A DNA stretch of 64,000 nt from Mizuhopecten yessoensis (GCF_002113885.1 NW_018407075.1:878385-942384); one strand, 5' to 3'; shown: positions 41,736 to 52,377, counted from the first letter of the stretch. Numbers and translations are program-made. The notes: a model not told the origin generated them from the letters alone.

Positions 41736-42643
41736 GCAGAATCAGTTACAAATATTGTTACAGAAGGATCTTCTTTGTAAAACCATATCATTGACATTTA
41801 AATATGGTCACTTTCGGGTTTTGACATCTGAAATGGTCAGAAAAACATGTTTTCTCTATAGGTCATGCTCCAGTTAATACCATGTTTTCCCCTGACAAAT
41901 GAGAAGTGATATTAAGCAAAATCGTCTGTATTAAGAAAAGGTATAAATCCTAGACCAACTTAACTTGCCCCATATACACATACATTACACCTATTTTAAG
42001 CACAGACTCTGCAAGGGTCCTAGCTTTGTATGGTCAAGCAACAATTCCTTGTTTACGGTATGTTCAGTTTCTTGTGTCAAACTTCGTTTTTCCTAAAATA
42101 TGAATGTAGGATCAAATGGCCCACAAGATTTAGGTTTCACCAATAATTCTGCACACATGACTGGCAGTATGAGATTGTTTAAGTGCCCCAGATATGGATT
42201 ACAAACCCATCAGCATGATGAAGTGATCCATTGCTATCAAGTACAAATGTAGTATCCTAGTACACAGCCAAATACAAACAATTTAACATTGTGGTGGGTG
42301 GTGTAACAGTTGCTTGACCAGGAAATGCAAGCCACATACAGTATTTGATGCACATGCATGGACCATAATTTAGAAGCTCGGGAGCAATTCATGGCCCAAA
42401 TTTAGTGCTTCAGCACTTATACCCATACATGTGTTGCTAACTTCTAAAGATGGAATTTTACAACATTTCTCTCTCTCTAGTTTATACGAATTCGATCTAC
42501 AACCCCTCCCCTTGTTCAAATTCATCTGTCTAACAAATTTATGTGTTTTTAATTCGATTTTTTTTTAAGAAACCTTCAATCAGAGAGTTACTAAGCTCAT
42601 TTTCATTAAAGAACAAGCCAAACACACAACACAGGTTTTTTTC

Positions 42644-42649
42644 TTTATT
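42644..42649 (-). terminator. RPS6: Polyadenylation signal AATAAA of RPS6
   Basis: AATAAA 40 nt after the stop codon; short 3' UTR typical of ribosomal protein mRNAs. Confidence 0.75.
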
Positions 42650-42689
42650 TTTTTGCACCTTCACTGTACAGCCACAGTCAATAGTCCAT

Positions 42690-42916
42690 TTACTTGGAGG
42701 TGGAGGCAGACATTGATGTACGACTTCCGGACCGGCTACGTTTCCTCTCCTTAGCCTCCTTCATACGCATAGCCAACAACTTAGCATAATCCGCAGCATC
42801 TTCACGCTTCTTGGATGCCCTTTTCCTCTTAAGAGCGACCTTGTGGCGTTTGCGCTGAAGCACAACTGGAGTCACAAGTCGCTGGATCTTGGGGGCCTTT
42901 GTTTTGGCCTTCTTGC
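42690..42916 (-). CDS. RPS6: 40S ribosomal protein S6, coding exon 5 (last)
   Basis: (G)[24 protein letters not shown]...[13 protein letters not shown]...ASTSK*; acceptor atctgcag, phase 1. Confidence 0.97.
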
Positions 42917-43329
42917 CTGCAGATAAAGGAAGTTAAGCTCAAATTGATTCGGTATTTACAACAACTTGCCCGATTTATCATCACTTTTACTAGCAAAATA
43001 TAAACATGAAATATTCTTAGCAACTCTTATCTCATTACATGTGGTATTTTTATCTGAATTAAAAACATGAAGTTAAGATCTTGGCTTCTGTTTTCAGTTG
43101 CCCAGGACCTTTTGTCCCGAGTTGACAAAAACATGTTTATAGGTTAAATCCAATTTTACAAAACCTACCTTTACTGCTTCATATAAACATATTGTTTGTA
43201 TTTCTTTTTTGAATATTGGACAGACAAGTAAAATGTCTGTTGCCTATTGGAACCAAAGAAGACATCGTAATGCTTTCTTTGACATACTGAAATATATTTA
43301 TAGACTAGAGAGACTCCGTATAAACGTAC

Positions 43330-43479
43330 CCTCTTTCTGTGGAAGTGGTCGCCTTACGACGTACTGGCGGACATCATCCTCCTTTGTTAAGTTAAAAAGC
43401 TTCCTGATCTTGCTAGCCCTTTTGGGTCCCAGCCTCCTGGGGACGTTGGTGTCGGTCAAGCCTGGGATGTCCTGCTCAC
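43330..43479 (-). CDS. RPS6: 40S ribosomal protein S6, coding exon 4
   Basis: [31 protein letters not shown]...; tttgcag acceptor, gtacg donor, 150 nt. Confidence 0.97.
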
Positions 43480-44217
43480 CTGCAAATTGGGAACACATGG
43501 TACATCAAAGAATATTTACATTTCTACTGAACTTGGACTCAATATACCTACTTAACATTTTAAAGGTTATTTTTCAATGAACTTTTCAGTTGGCATATGA
43601 ATACATCAGCATATTATCAACCTAATATCTCTGTTATTCCGCGGAGCGCGGGAAGTAGTTCCATCAATAGATTGTTTTCAATTTGTTGTTTTAAAAATAA
43701 TTTACATCTTAGTTTGCTTATTCATCTTAACAGGACGACGTCTCACAGTGAGTGATGACGTCATAAGTTTTTATACCCCATAAACCTCAACAAAACAGAA
43801 TTCAATCCTTAATTATCCATTAATTAATTTGTGTATTAATTTTATTACATGTTAATATTTACTATAACCACATATCATATCACGGTGCTCAGGTTTTTCT
43901 GGAGGAAACTGCTCCAAATCTGTTATTAACACACAAGGTTGCTTCAATTTTCCCATTGTATCAAAACTCAACTCCCAATATTTGGACCTGCTTTGGCTCA
44001 ATTTAGATATATAGCAGAGGTGAAAACGGACTCCAAGCAATTGTGTTGCAATCCTGGTCTCCATAGAAACCTAATAGATAATAGTTTTTTTTTTGATTTT
44101 ATGGTATGTTCTCTTATTTTTAGAATTTAATACCTATACCTAATGGTAAACCTGTTAATCTCACTTGGCCCTTTGGACCATGTCAGCTCTAAATTAAATG
44201 ACAGATTTCAGAAACAT

Positions 44218-44303
44218 CACAGTCCTCAGATTTTTCTCTCTTCACAGACCCAATTTGAGTCTCTAAGCGAGCTGGGTGTATAATTGTCATCATTGTAACT
44301 GTG
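44218..44303 (-). ncRNA. SNORD29: Box C/D snoRNA, SNORD29/U29-like, copy 1
   Basis: Terminal stem CACAG/CTGTG, C box ATGATGA, guide ACCCAGCTCGC, D' TAGA, internal hairpin, C' GTGAAGA, D box CTGA; intronic and sense to RPS6. Confidence 0.85.
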
Positions 44304-44950
44304 ATATCAGTTATATATCATAAATGTTGTCAGTTTCCAATTTTAAAGAATAATTTGCTATGTTTCCCCTATTGGGCCCCGCCCCTCAGGCCCCAAGCCA
44401 ACGGTTATTACAAAATTGGTTCCCCTTCACCCAAGGATGCTTCAGACCAAATATGGAACAAATACTTGCATTGCTAAAGAAGAAAAGGATTTTAAAGAAT
44501 TTGGTATATTTCCCCTATTGGGCCCCGCCCCTCAGCCCCACCGTTTATACAAAATTGGTTCCGCTTCCCCCAAGAATGCTTTTAGCAAGTCAAGATGAAA
44601 TAAAGTTTGAATCAAAAGAAAATTTTGTATCTTTTAAAAGGTATTTTGCAATATTCAACATTAGCAATCTTTTGACCAGTTGAGCTGAAACCCAATTTTC
44701 TTTCGTGAATTTCGGCCTATACCTATCAAGTGTGTCCAACACTATAAGGTTTGTTTGCACCACAGTCACAATTTGAGTTTATAAAAGTATTTATTACAAT
44801 GTTACCATAATCATGGAGGGAACAATGTAAACAAGTATCACTTGATTTATTTCATGTATTTAAATGATGTAATAATTTGCAATTGTGGTAAAGCTGACAC
44901 ATAAAAAACTGATTCATCTCGAAATATTGCAAGGTTTTCTAAAAATATCA

Positions 44951-45036
44951 AACAGTCCTCAGATTTTTCTCTCTTCACAGACCCACTTTGAGTCTCTAAG
45001 CGAGCTGGGTGTATAATTGTCATCATTGAAACTGTG
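44951..45036 (-). ncRNA. SNORD29: SNORD29-like snoRNA copy 2
   Basis: All boxes and guide intact. Confidence 0.85.
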
Positions 45037-45500
45037 ATACGTAAGTTTGGCCTTCTTGCCTGAAGATAATAGAAGTTAAGCTTAAACAGTGTAGGGATTT
45101 TCAACAACTTCCAAGACTTTTTAATAGCAAATTTTATCTACTCATATGTAGCATTTTAAATATAATGAAAAATTCGTTTTTTTCTGGAGAAACTACTCCA
45201 AATCTGTTATTAACACACAAGGTTGCTTCAATTTTTCCATTGTATCAAAACTTAACTCCCAATATTTGGACCTGCTTTGGCTCAAGTAAGATATATAGCA
45301 GAGGTGAAAAAGGACTCCCAAGCAATTGTGTTGCAATCCTGGTCTCCATAGAAACCTAATAGATAATAGGCTTTTTTGATTTTATGCTAAGTTCTCTTAT
45401 TTTTAGAATTTAATACCTATACCTAATGGTAAACCTGTTAATCTCACTTGGCCCTTTGGACCATGTCAGCTCTAAATTAAATGACATATTTCAGAAACAT

Positions 45501-45586
45501 CACAGTCCTCAGATTTTTCTCTCTTCACAGACCCAATTTGAGTCTCTAAGCGAGCTGGGTGTATAATTGTCATCATTGTAACTGTG
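45501..45586 (-). ncRNA. SNORD29: SNORD29-like snoRNA copy 3
   Basis: All boxes and guide intact. Confidence 0.85.
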
Positions 45587-45741
45587 ACATCAGTAATATA
45601 TCATAAATGTTGTCAGTTTCAGATTTAATGGTATTTTCTCTTATTTACGGACTAAATACAGATACCTATGTGTATACCTGTTATCTCACTTGGCCCTTTG
45701 GAGCAGGCAAGCTAAAAATTAAACAATTGATTTAGAAACTT

Positions 45742-45827
45742 AACATTCCTCAGATTTTTCTCTCTTCACAGACCCATTTTGAGTCTCTAAGCGAGCTGGG
45801 TGTATAATTGTAATCATTGTGACTGTG
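45742..45827 (-). ncRNA. SNORD29: SNORD29-like snoRNA copy 4 (C box variant, possibly non-functional)
   Basis: C box ATGATTA and weakened terminal stem; guide and D box intact. Confidence 0.65.
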
Positions 45828-46318
45828 ATATAAGTAATAGAACATAAATAGTATCAGTTTCTAGTTTTACTGATTGGGATATTAATAAATGTATAAAGCG
45901 AATCCAGATTATGGAAATTTTGAACCAATAGAAAACTTTGATCTTTTAAAAATCTCTCTTGCAAAGTAAATGAATGGTGTTAGCACACATCTCTTGACCA
46001 GTTGAGTGGCAATTTTCTTGGTACATATCTGGCCTGATCTTGACCTAAAGTCTGTCCAATAAAAAAGATTAATTTGCTTCACAGACCCACTTTGATTCAT
46101 GTCAACAACTATATAAATAATATAAGTGAAGATATTAAGATTAAAGATGGAACGCTGGAAATATATATTATCTTTGAACATTCTACACTGGTATGGTCCA
46201 TCTTTGTGTACCTGGTATTTCAATGATGCAATACTTTGCAACTCTGGTAAAGCCAACAGACCTTTTCAAAAACAATTCATCTTCAGATATTGCAAGTGTT
46301 TTAAAAAAAATGTCCCAA

Positions 46319-46404
46319 CACAATCCTCAGATTTCTCTCTCTTCACAGACTCACTTCGAGTCTCTAAGCGAGCTGGGTGTATAATTGTCATCATTGTGAC
46401 TGTG
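46319..46404 (-). ncRNA. SNORD29: SNORD29-like snoRNA copy 5
   Basis: Boxes intact; internal stem AGACTC/GAGTCT fully Watson-Crick. Confidence 0.85.
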
Positions 46405-46759
46405 ATACTCAAGTTTGGCGTTCTTGCCTGAAGATAGTAGAAGTTAAGCTCAAACAGTGTATTATCACACAAGCTTGCTTCAATTTTCCCATCATATCAA
46501 AACTTAACTCCCAATATTTAGACCTGCTTTGGCCAAAGTTAGATATATAGCAGAGGTGAAAACGGACTCAAAGGAATTGTGTTGCAATCCTGGTCTCCAT
46601 AGAAATCCAATAGATAATAGGCTTTATTTTTGATTTTATGGTATGTTCATTTATTTTTTACAATTTAATGCCTATACCTAATGGTAAACCTGTTAATGAG
46701 TCTCACTAGGCCCTTTGGACCATGTCGGCTCTAAATTAGATGACAGATTTCAGAAACAT

Positions 46760-46845
46760 CACAGTACTCAGATTTTTCTCTCTTCACAGACCCATTTTGA
46801 GTCTCTAAGCGAGCTGGGTGTATAATTGTCATCATTGTGACTGTG
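46760..46845 (-). ncRNA. SNORD29: SNORD29-like snoRNA copy 6
   Basis: All boxes and guide intact. Confidence 0.85.
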
Positions 46846-47508
46846 ATATCAGTAATATATCATAAATGTTGTCAGTTTCCAATTTTAAAGAATAATTTGC
46901 TATGTTTCCCCTTTTGGGCCTCGCCCCCTCAGGCCTCGGGGGGTGGGTGGCCAGACCCACGGTTTATATAAAATTGGTTCCCCTTCACCCAAAGATGCTT
47001 CTGACCAAATATTGAACAAATCCTTGCATTCCTACAGAAGAAAATGATTTTAAAGAATTTGCAATATTTCCCCTGTTGGGCCCCCCAGACCCCTCCGTTT
47101 ATACAAAATTGGTTCCCCTTCACCCAAGAATGCTTTTAGCGAGTCAAGATGACAGAAAGATTGAATCAAAAGAAAATTTTGTATCTTTTAAAAGGTATTT
47201 TGCAATATTCAAAGTTAGCAATCTTTTGACCAGTTGAGCTGAAACCCAATTTTCTTTTGTGTATTTCGGCCTATACCTATCAATTGTGTAGAATACTAAA
47301 AGGTTTGTTTGCACCACAGACGCAATTTGAGTTTATAAAAGTATTTATTACAATGTTACCATAATCATGGAGGGAACAATGTAAACAAGTATCACTTGAT
47401 TTATTTCATGTATTTAAATGATGTAATAATTTGCAATTGTGGTAAAGCTGACACATAAAAAAACCTGATTCATCTCGAAATATTGCAAGGTTTTCTTAAA
47501 ATATCCAA

Positions 47509-47595
47509 CACAGTCCTCAGATTTTTCTCTCTTCACAGACCCACTTTTGAGTCTCTAAGCGAGCTGGGTGTATAATTGTCATCATTGTTACTGTG
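47509..47595 (-). ncRNA. SNORD29: SNORD29-like snoRNA copy 7
   Basis: Boxes intact; 1-nt insertion in the internal loop. Confidence 0.85.
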
Positions 47596-48054
47596 ATACT
47601 CAAGTTTGGCGTTCTTGCCTGATGATAATAGAAGTTGAGCTCAAACTGTGTAGGGATTTTCAACAGCTTCCAAGACTTTTTAATAGCAAATTTTATCTAC
47701 TTATATGTAGCATTTTAAATATAATGTAAAATTCAGGTTTTTCTGGGGGAAACTGCTCCAAATCTGATTAACACACAAGGCAATTTTTCCATTGTATCAC
47801 AACTTAACTCCCAATATTTGGACCTGCTTTGGCTCAAGTAAGATATATAGCAGAGGTGAAAACGGACTCCAAGCAATTGTGTTGCAATCCTGGTCTCCAT
47901 AGAAACCTAATAGATAATAGGCTTTATTTTTGATTTTATGGTATGTTCTCTTATTTTTGCAATTGAGTACCTATACCTAATGGTAAACCTGTTAATCTCA
48001 CTTGGCCCTTTGGACCATGTCGGCTCTAAATTAAATGACATATTTCAGAAACAT

Positions 48055-48140
48055 CACAGTCCTCAGATTTCTCTCTCTTCACAGACCCATTTTGAGTCTC
48101 TAAGCGAGCTGGGTGTATAATTGTCATCATTGTGACTGTG
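48055..48140 (-). ncRNA. SNORD29: SNORD29-like snoRNA copy 8
   Basis: All boxes and guide intact. Confidence 0.85.
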
Positions 48141-48563
48141 ATATCAGCAATATATAATAAATATTGTCCATTTCATCAAGTTATGCTGATTTTGATTTAC
48201 ATAAATGTGTTTAGCGAGTCAAGATGACAGAATTAGCGAGTAAAGATAACAGAAAGTTTGAATCAAAAGAAATTTTGTATCTTTTAAAATGTATTTTGCA
48301 ATATTCAACGTTACCTATCTTTTGACCAGTTGAGCTAAAACCCAATTTTCTTTTGTGTATTTCGGCCTATACCTATCAAGTGTGTCCAATACTAAAAGGT
48401 TTGTTTGCTCAACAGACGCAATTTGAGTTTATAAAAGTATTTATTACAATGTTACCATAATCATGGATGGAACAATGTAAACACGTATCACTTGATTTAT
48501 TTTCATGTATTTAAATGATGTAATAATTATCGAGATATTGCAAGGTTTGCTAAAAAAATATCC

Positions 48564-48649
48564 AACAGTCCTCAGATTTTTCTCTCTTCACAGACCCATT
48601 TTGAGTCTCTAAGCGAGCTGGGTGTATAATTGTCATCATTGTGACTGTG
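48564..48649 (-). ncRNA. SNORD29: SNORD29-like snoRNA copy 9
   Basis: All boxes and guide intact. Confidence 0.85.
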
Positions 48650-48811
48650 ATATCAGTAATATATCATAAATAATATCAGTTTCAGATTTAATGGTATTGT
48701 CTCTTATTTACGGACTAAATACCGATACGTATGTGTATGTATACCTGTTTAATCCCACTTGGCCTTTTGGACCAGGCAAACTAAAAATTAAACAATTGAT
48801 TTAGAAACTTA

Positions 48812-48867
48812 ACAGACCCATTTTGAGTCTCTAAGCGAGCTGGGTATATAGTTGTCATTGTTACTGT
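48812..48867 (-). pseudogene. Truncated SNORD29-like copy
   Basis: C' and D boxes deleted and C box shortened; guide retained. Confidence 0.8.
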
Positions 48868-49369
48868 CATCAGTGATAGAACATACATAGTGACAGTGTC
48901 ATTAACTTAATCTGATTTCTATATAGTATCTTAGCAAGTCAATATTATAGCAAAAATAGAAAAATTGATGTTTTAAAGTCTCTTTTGCAAAAACTAATGC
49001 ATTGTGTCAGCAGACATCTTTTGATCAGTTGAGTTGAACCCAACTTTTGTTGAGTATTTCGGCTACTATCTTTCAAGTGTGTCTTAATACAATATTTTTT
49101 TGCGCTTTCACAGACCCACTTTACGTCGTTACGAGTGTTTATTACAATGAAACCATTATCATGTCCACAACTATACAAACAATAATTGAAGTAGTTCAGA
49201 TTTATGAGGGAACATTGGGAATACATATTACTTCAGAAATTCTACACTTGTACGAGTAATCTTTGTGTATTTCAATTGCAATGATGCAATAATTTGTAGC
49301 TGTGGTATAGTATAGTTATCAGACATTTTCAAGGTTTTCTAAAACACATCCATCAGATTTCGGAAACAT

Positions 49370-49455
49370 CACAGTCCTCAGATTTTTCTCTCTTCACAGA
49401 CCCATTTTGAGTCTCTAAGCGAGCTGGGTGTATAATTGTCATCACTGTGACTGTG
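49370..49455 (-). ncRNA. SNORD29: SNORD29-like snoRNA copy 10
   Basis: C box GTGATGA (still RTGATGA); other elements intact. Confidence 0.85.
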
Positions 49456-49774
49456 ATATCAGTAATATATCATATCATAAAGTATTTAGCGAGTCAAGAT
49501 TACAGAAAGTATGAATGAAAAGAATGTTTTCTCTCTTTTAAAATGTGTTTTGCAATATTCAACGTTACCAATCTTTTGACCAGTTGAGCCGAAACCCAAT
49601 GTTCNAAAGGTTTGTTTGCTCAACAGACGCAATTTGAGTTTATAAAAGTATTTATTACAATGTTACCATAATCATGGATGGAACAATGTAAACACGTATC
49701 ACTTGATTTATTTTCATGTATTTAAATGATGTAATAATTATCGAGATATTGCAAGGTTTGCTAAAAAAATATCC

Positions 49775-49860
49775 AACAGTCCTCAGATTTTTCTCTCTTC
49801 ACAGACCCATTTTGAGTCTCTAAGCGAGCTGGGTGTATAATTGTCATCATTGTGACTGTG
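49775..49860 (-). ncRNA. SNORD29: SNORD29-like snoRNA copy 11 (possible assembly duplicate of copy 9)
   Basis: Intact; lies in the 1211-bp-offset duplication that follows the N at 49605. Confidence 0.7.
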
Positions 49861-50022
49861 ATATCAGTAATATATCATAAATAATATCAGTTTCAGATTT
49901 AATGGTATTGTCTCTTATTTACGGACTAAATACCGATACGTATGTGTATGTATACCTGTTTAATCCCACTTGGCCTTTTGGACCAGGCAAACTAAAAATT
50001 AAACAATTGATTTAGAAACTTA

Positions 50023-50078
50023 ACAGACCCATTTTGAGTCTCTAAGCGAGCTGGGTATATAGTTGTCATTGTTACTGT
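50023..50078 (-). pseudogene. Truncated SNORD29-like copy (duplicate of 48812-48867)
   Basis: Same deletion as 48812-48867. Confidence 0.7.
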
Positions 50079-50580
50079 CATCAGTGATAGAACATACATA
50101 GTGACAGTGTCATTAACTTAATCTGATTTCTATATAGTATCTTAGCAAGTCAATATTATAGCAAAAATAGAAAAATTGATGTTTTAAAGTCTCTTTTGCA
50201 AAAACTAATGCATTGTGTCAGCAGACATCTTTTGATCAGTTGAGTTGAACCCAACTTTTGTTGAGTATTTCGGCTACTATCTTTCAAGTGTGTCTTAATA
50301 CAATATTTTTTTGCGCTTTCACAGACCCACTTTACGTCGTTACGAGTGTTTATTACAATGAAACCATTATCATGTCCACAACTATACAAACAATAATTGA
50401 AGTAGTTCAGATTTATGAGGGAACATTGGGAATACATATTACTTCAGAAATTCTACACTTGTACGAGTAATCTTTGTGTATTTCAATTGCAATGATGCAA
50501 TAATTTGTAGCTGTGGTATAGTATAGTTATCAGACATTTTCAAGGTTTTCTAAAACACATCCATCAGATTTCGGAAACAT

Positions 50581-50666
50581 CACAGTCCTCAGATTTTTCT
50601 CTCTTCACAGACCCATTTTGAGTCTCTAAGCGAGCTGGGTGTATAATTGTCATCACTGTGACTGTG
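50581..50666 (-). ncRNA. SNORD29: SNORD29-like snoRNA copy 12 (possible assembly duplicate of copy 10)
   Basis: C box GTGATGA; intact. Confidence 0.75.
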
Positions 50667-51142
50667 ATATCAGTAATATATCATACATGTTGTCAGTTTC
50701 ATTAAGTTTAAGTTTTGCTGATTTTGATATACATAAAAGTATTTAGCAAGTCAAGATTACAGAAAGTATGAATGAAAAGAATGTTTTCTCTCTTTTAAAA
50801 TGTGTTTTGCAATATTCAACGTTACCAATCTTTTGACCAGTTGAGCCGAAACCCAATGTTCTTTTGTGTATTTCGGCCTATACCTATCAAGTGTGTCCAA
50901 TACTATAAGGTTTGTTTGCTCCACAGACGCAATTTGAGTTTATAAAAGTATTTATTACAATGTTACCATAATCATGGAGGGAACAATGTAAACAAGCATC
51001 ATTTTAGAAATTCAACACCAGTATGATTTATTTTTGTGTATTGAAACTATGTAATAATTTGCAATTGTGGTGAAGCCGACACACATTAAAATAAATATCT
51101 GATTCATCTCGAGATATTGCAAGGTTTTCTAAAAATATTCAA

Positions 51143-51228
51143 CACAGTCCTCAGATTTTTCTCTCTTCACAGACCCATTTAGAGTCTCTAAGCGAGCTGG
51201 GTGTATAATTGTCATCATTGTGACTGTG
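51143..51228 (-). ncRNA. SNORD29: SNORD29-like snoRNA copy 13
   Basis: All boxes and guide intact. Confidence 0.85.
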
Positions 51229-51673
51229 ATATCAGTAATATATCATAAATGTTGTCATGTTTCATTTTGTTTTGCTGATTTTGATATACATAAATGTATT
51301 TAACGAGTCAAGATAACAGAAAGTTTGAATCAAAATCCAATTTTGTATCTTTTAAAATGTATTTTGCAATATTCAACGTTACCAATCTTTTGACCAGTTG
51401 AGCTGAAACCCAATTTTCTTTTGTGTATTTCGGCCTATACCTATCGAGTGTGTCCAATCCTTTAAGGTTTGTTTGCTCCACAGACACAATTTGAGTTTAT
51501 AAAAGTATTTATTACAATGTTACCATAATCATGGAGGGAACAATGTAAACAAGTATCACTTGATTTATTTTCGTGTATTTAAATGATGTAATAATTTGCA
51601 ATTGTGGTAAAGCTGACACATAAAAAAACCTGATTCATCTCGAGATATTGCAAGGTTTTCTAAAAATATCCAA

Positions 51674-51759
51674 CACAGTCCTCAGATTTTTCTCTCTTCA
51701 CAGACCCACTTTGAGTCTCTAAGCGAGCTGGGTGTATAGTTGTCCTCATTGGTACTGTG
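51674..51759 (-). ncRNA. SNORD29: SNORD29-like snoRNA copy 14 (5'-most in the transcript; C box variant)
   Basis: C box ATGAGGA; guide, D', C' and D intact. Confidence 0.7.
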
Positions 51760-52166
51760 TTTGCTAAGTTAGCTTACAAGTTGCATCTATTATACATGTC
51801 ATTGTTACCAAAACTATCCAGAAAGTTGATATCTATGATTATTATTTTTAGATCCCACTACACATCAGCAATAAGTGCCCCCCTGCTCTCCATATTTTCA
51901 CAAACAGAATAGCCCTATGGACATTACCAGGTAAAACATTTGCGTTTGCATTTTTTTGTTATAACACTAAGCCAAGAATTAAAAACCAACCTAAGTACAG
52001 GATATTATTCAGGGCAAGTACATGTAGTAACTGCAGAACATGCAAGATACTTGCCCCATACGATTAACTCTTTTGTTCATTTGCTAGTAATATTTGATTT
52101 CATTTAAAAAGGTGCACTATGTTATGCATATATGTAATATTTCTGTTAGTACTAACAGCAGCGTAC

Positions 52167-52377
52167 CTTTTTTGACAATAGACATAGACAGAACACTCAG
52201 GTTACTGTCTACGATGCAGCCCCTGACAGACTTCCTGCGCCTCTCGCCACTCCTCCTGGGTCTGAAGCAAGAGTGACCTTTGCTCAAAAGAAGACGCACT
52301 CTGCCATTGGTGAGAATTCCCTGTTTCATTGGGAACCCCTGCTTGTCGTTACCTCCCGTTATCCTCAGAATGTAACC
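52167..52377 (-). CDS. RPS6: 40S ribosomal protein S6, coding exon 3
   Basis: [31 protein letters not shown]...[10 protein letters not shown]; 211 nt; ttttacag acceptor, gtacg donor. Confidence 0.97.

Noticed and set aside
42935-42985. GTGATGA C-box motif near the exon-5 acceptor
   Set aside because: No CTGA box at a suitable distance, and it lies too close to the branch region
43030-43135. H/ACA snoRNA candidate in RPS6 intron 4
   Set aside because: One plausible pocketed hairpin, but no well-placed H box or terminal ACA
44218-51759. CRISPR-like array (conserved repeat with variable spacers)
   Set aside because: The repeat is 86 nt with C/D boxes, spacers are hundreds of bp and homologous to each other, there are no cas genes, and the context is a eukaryotic intron
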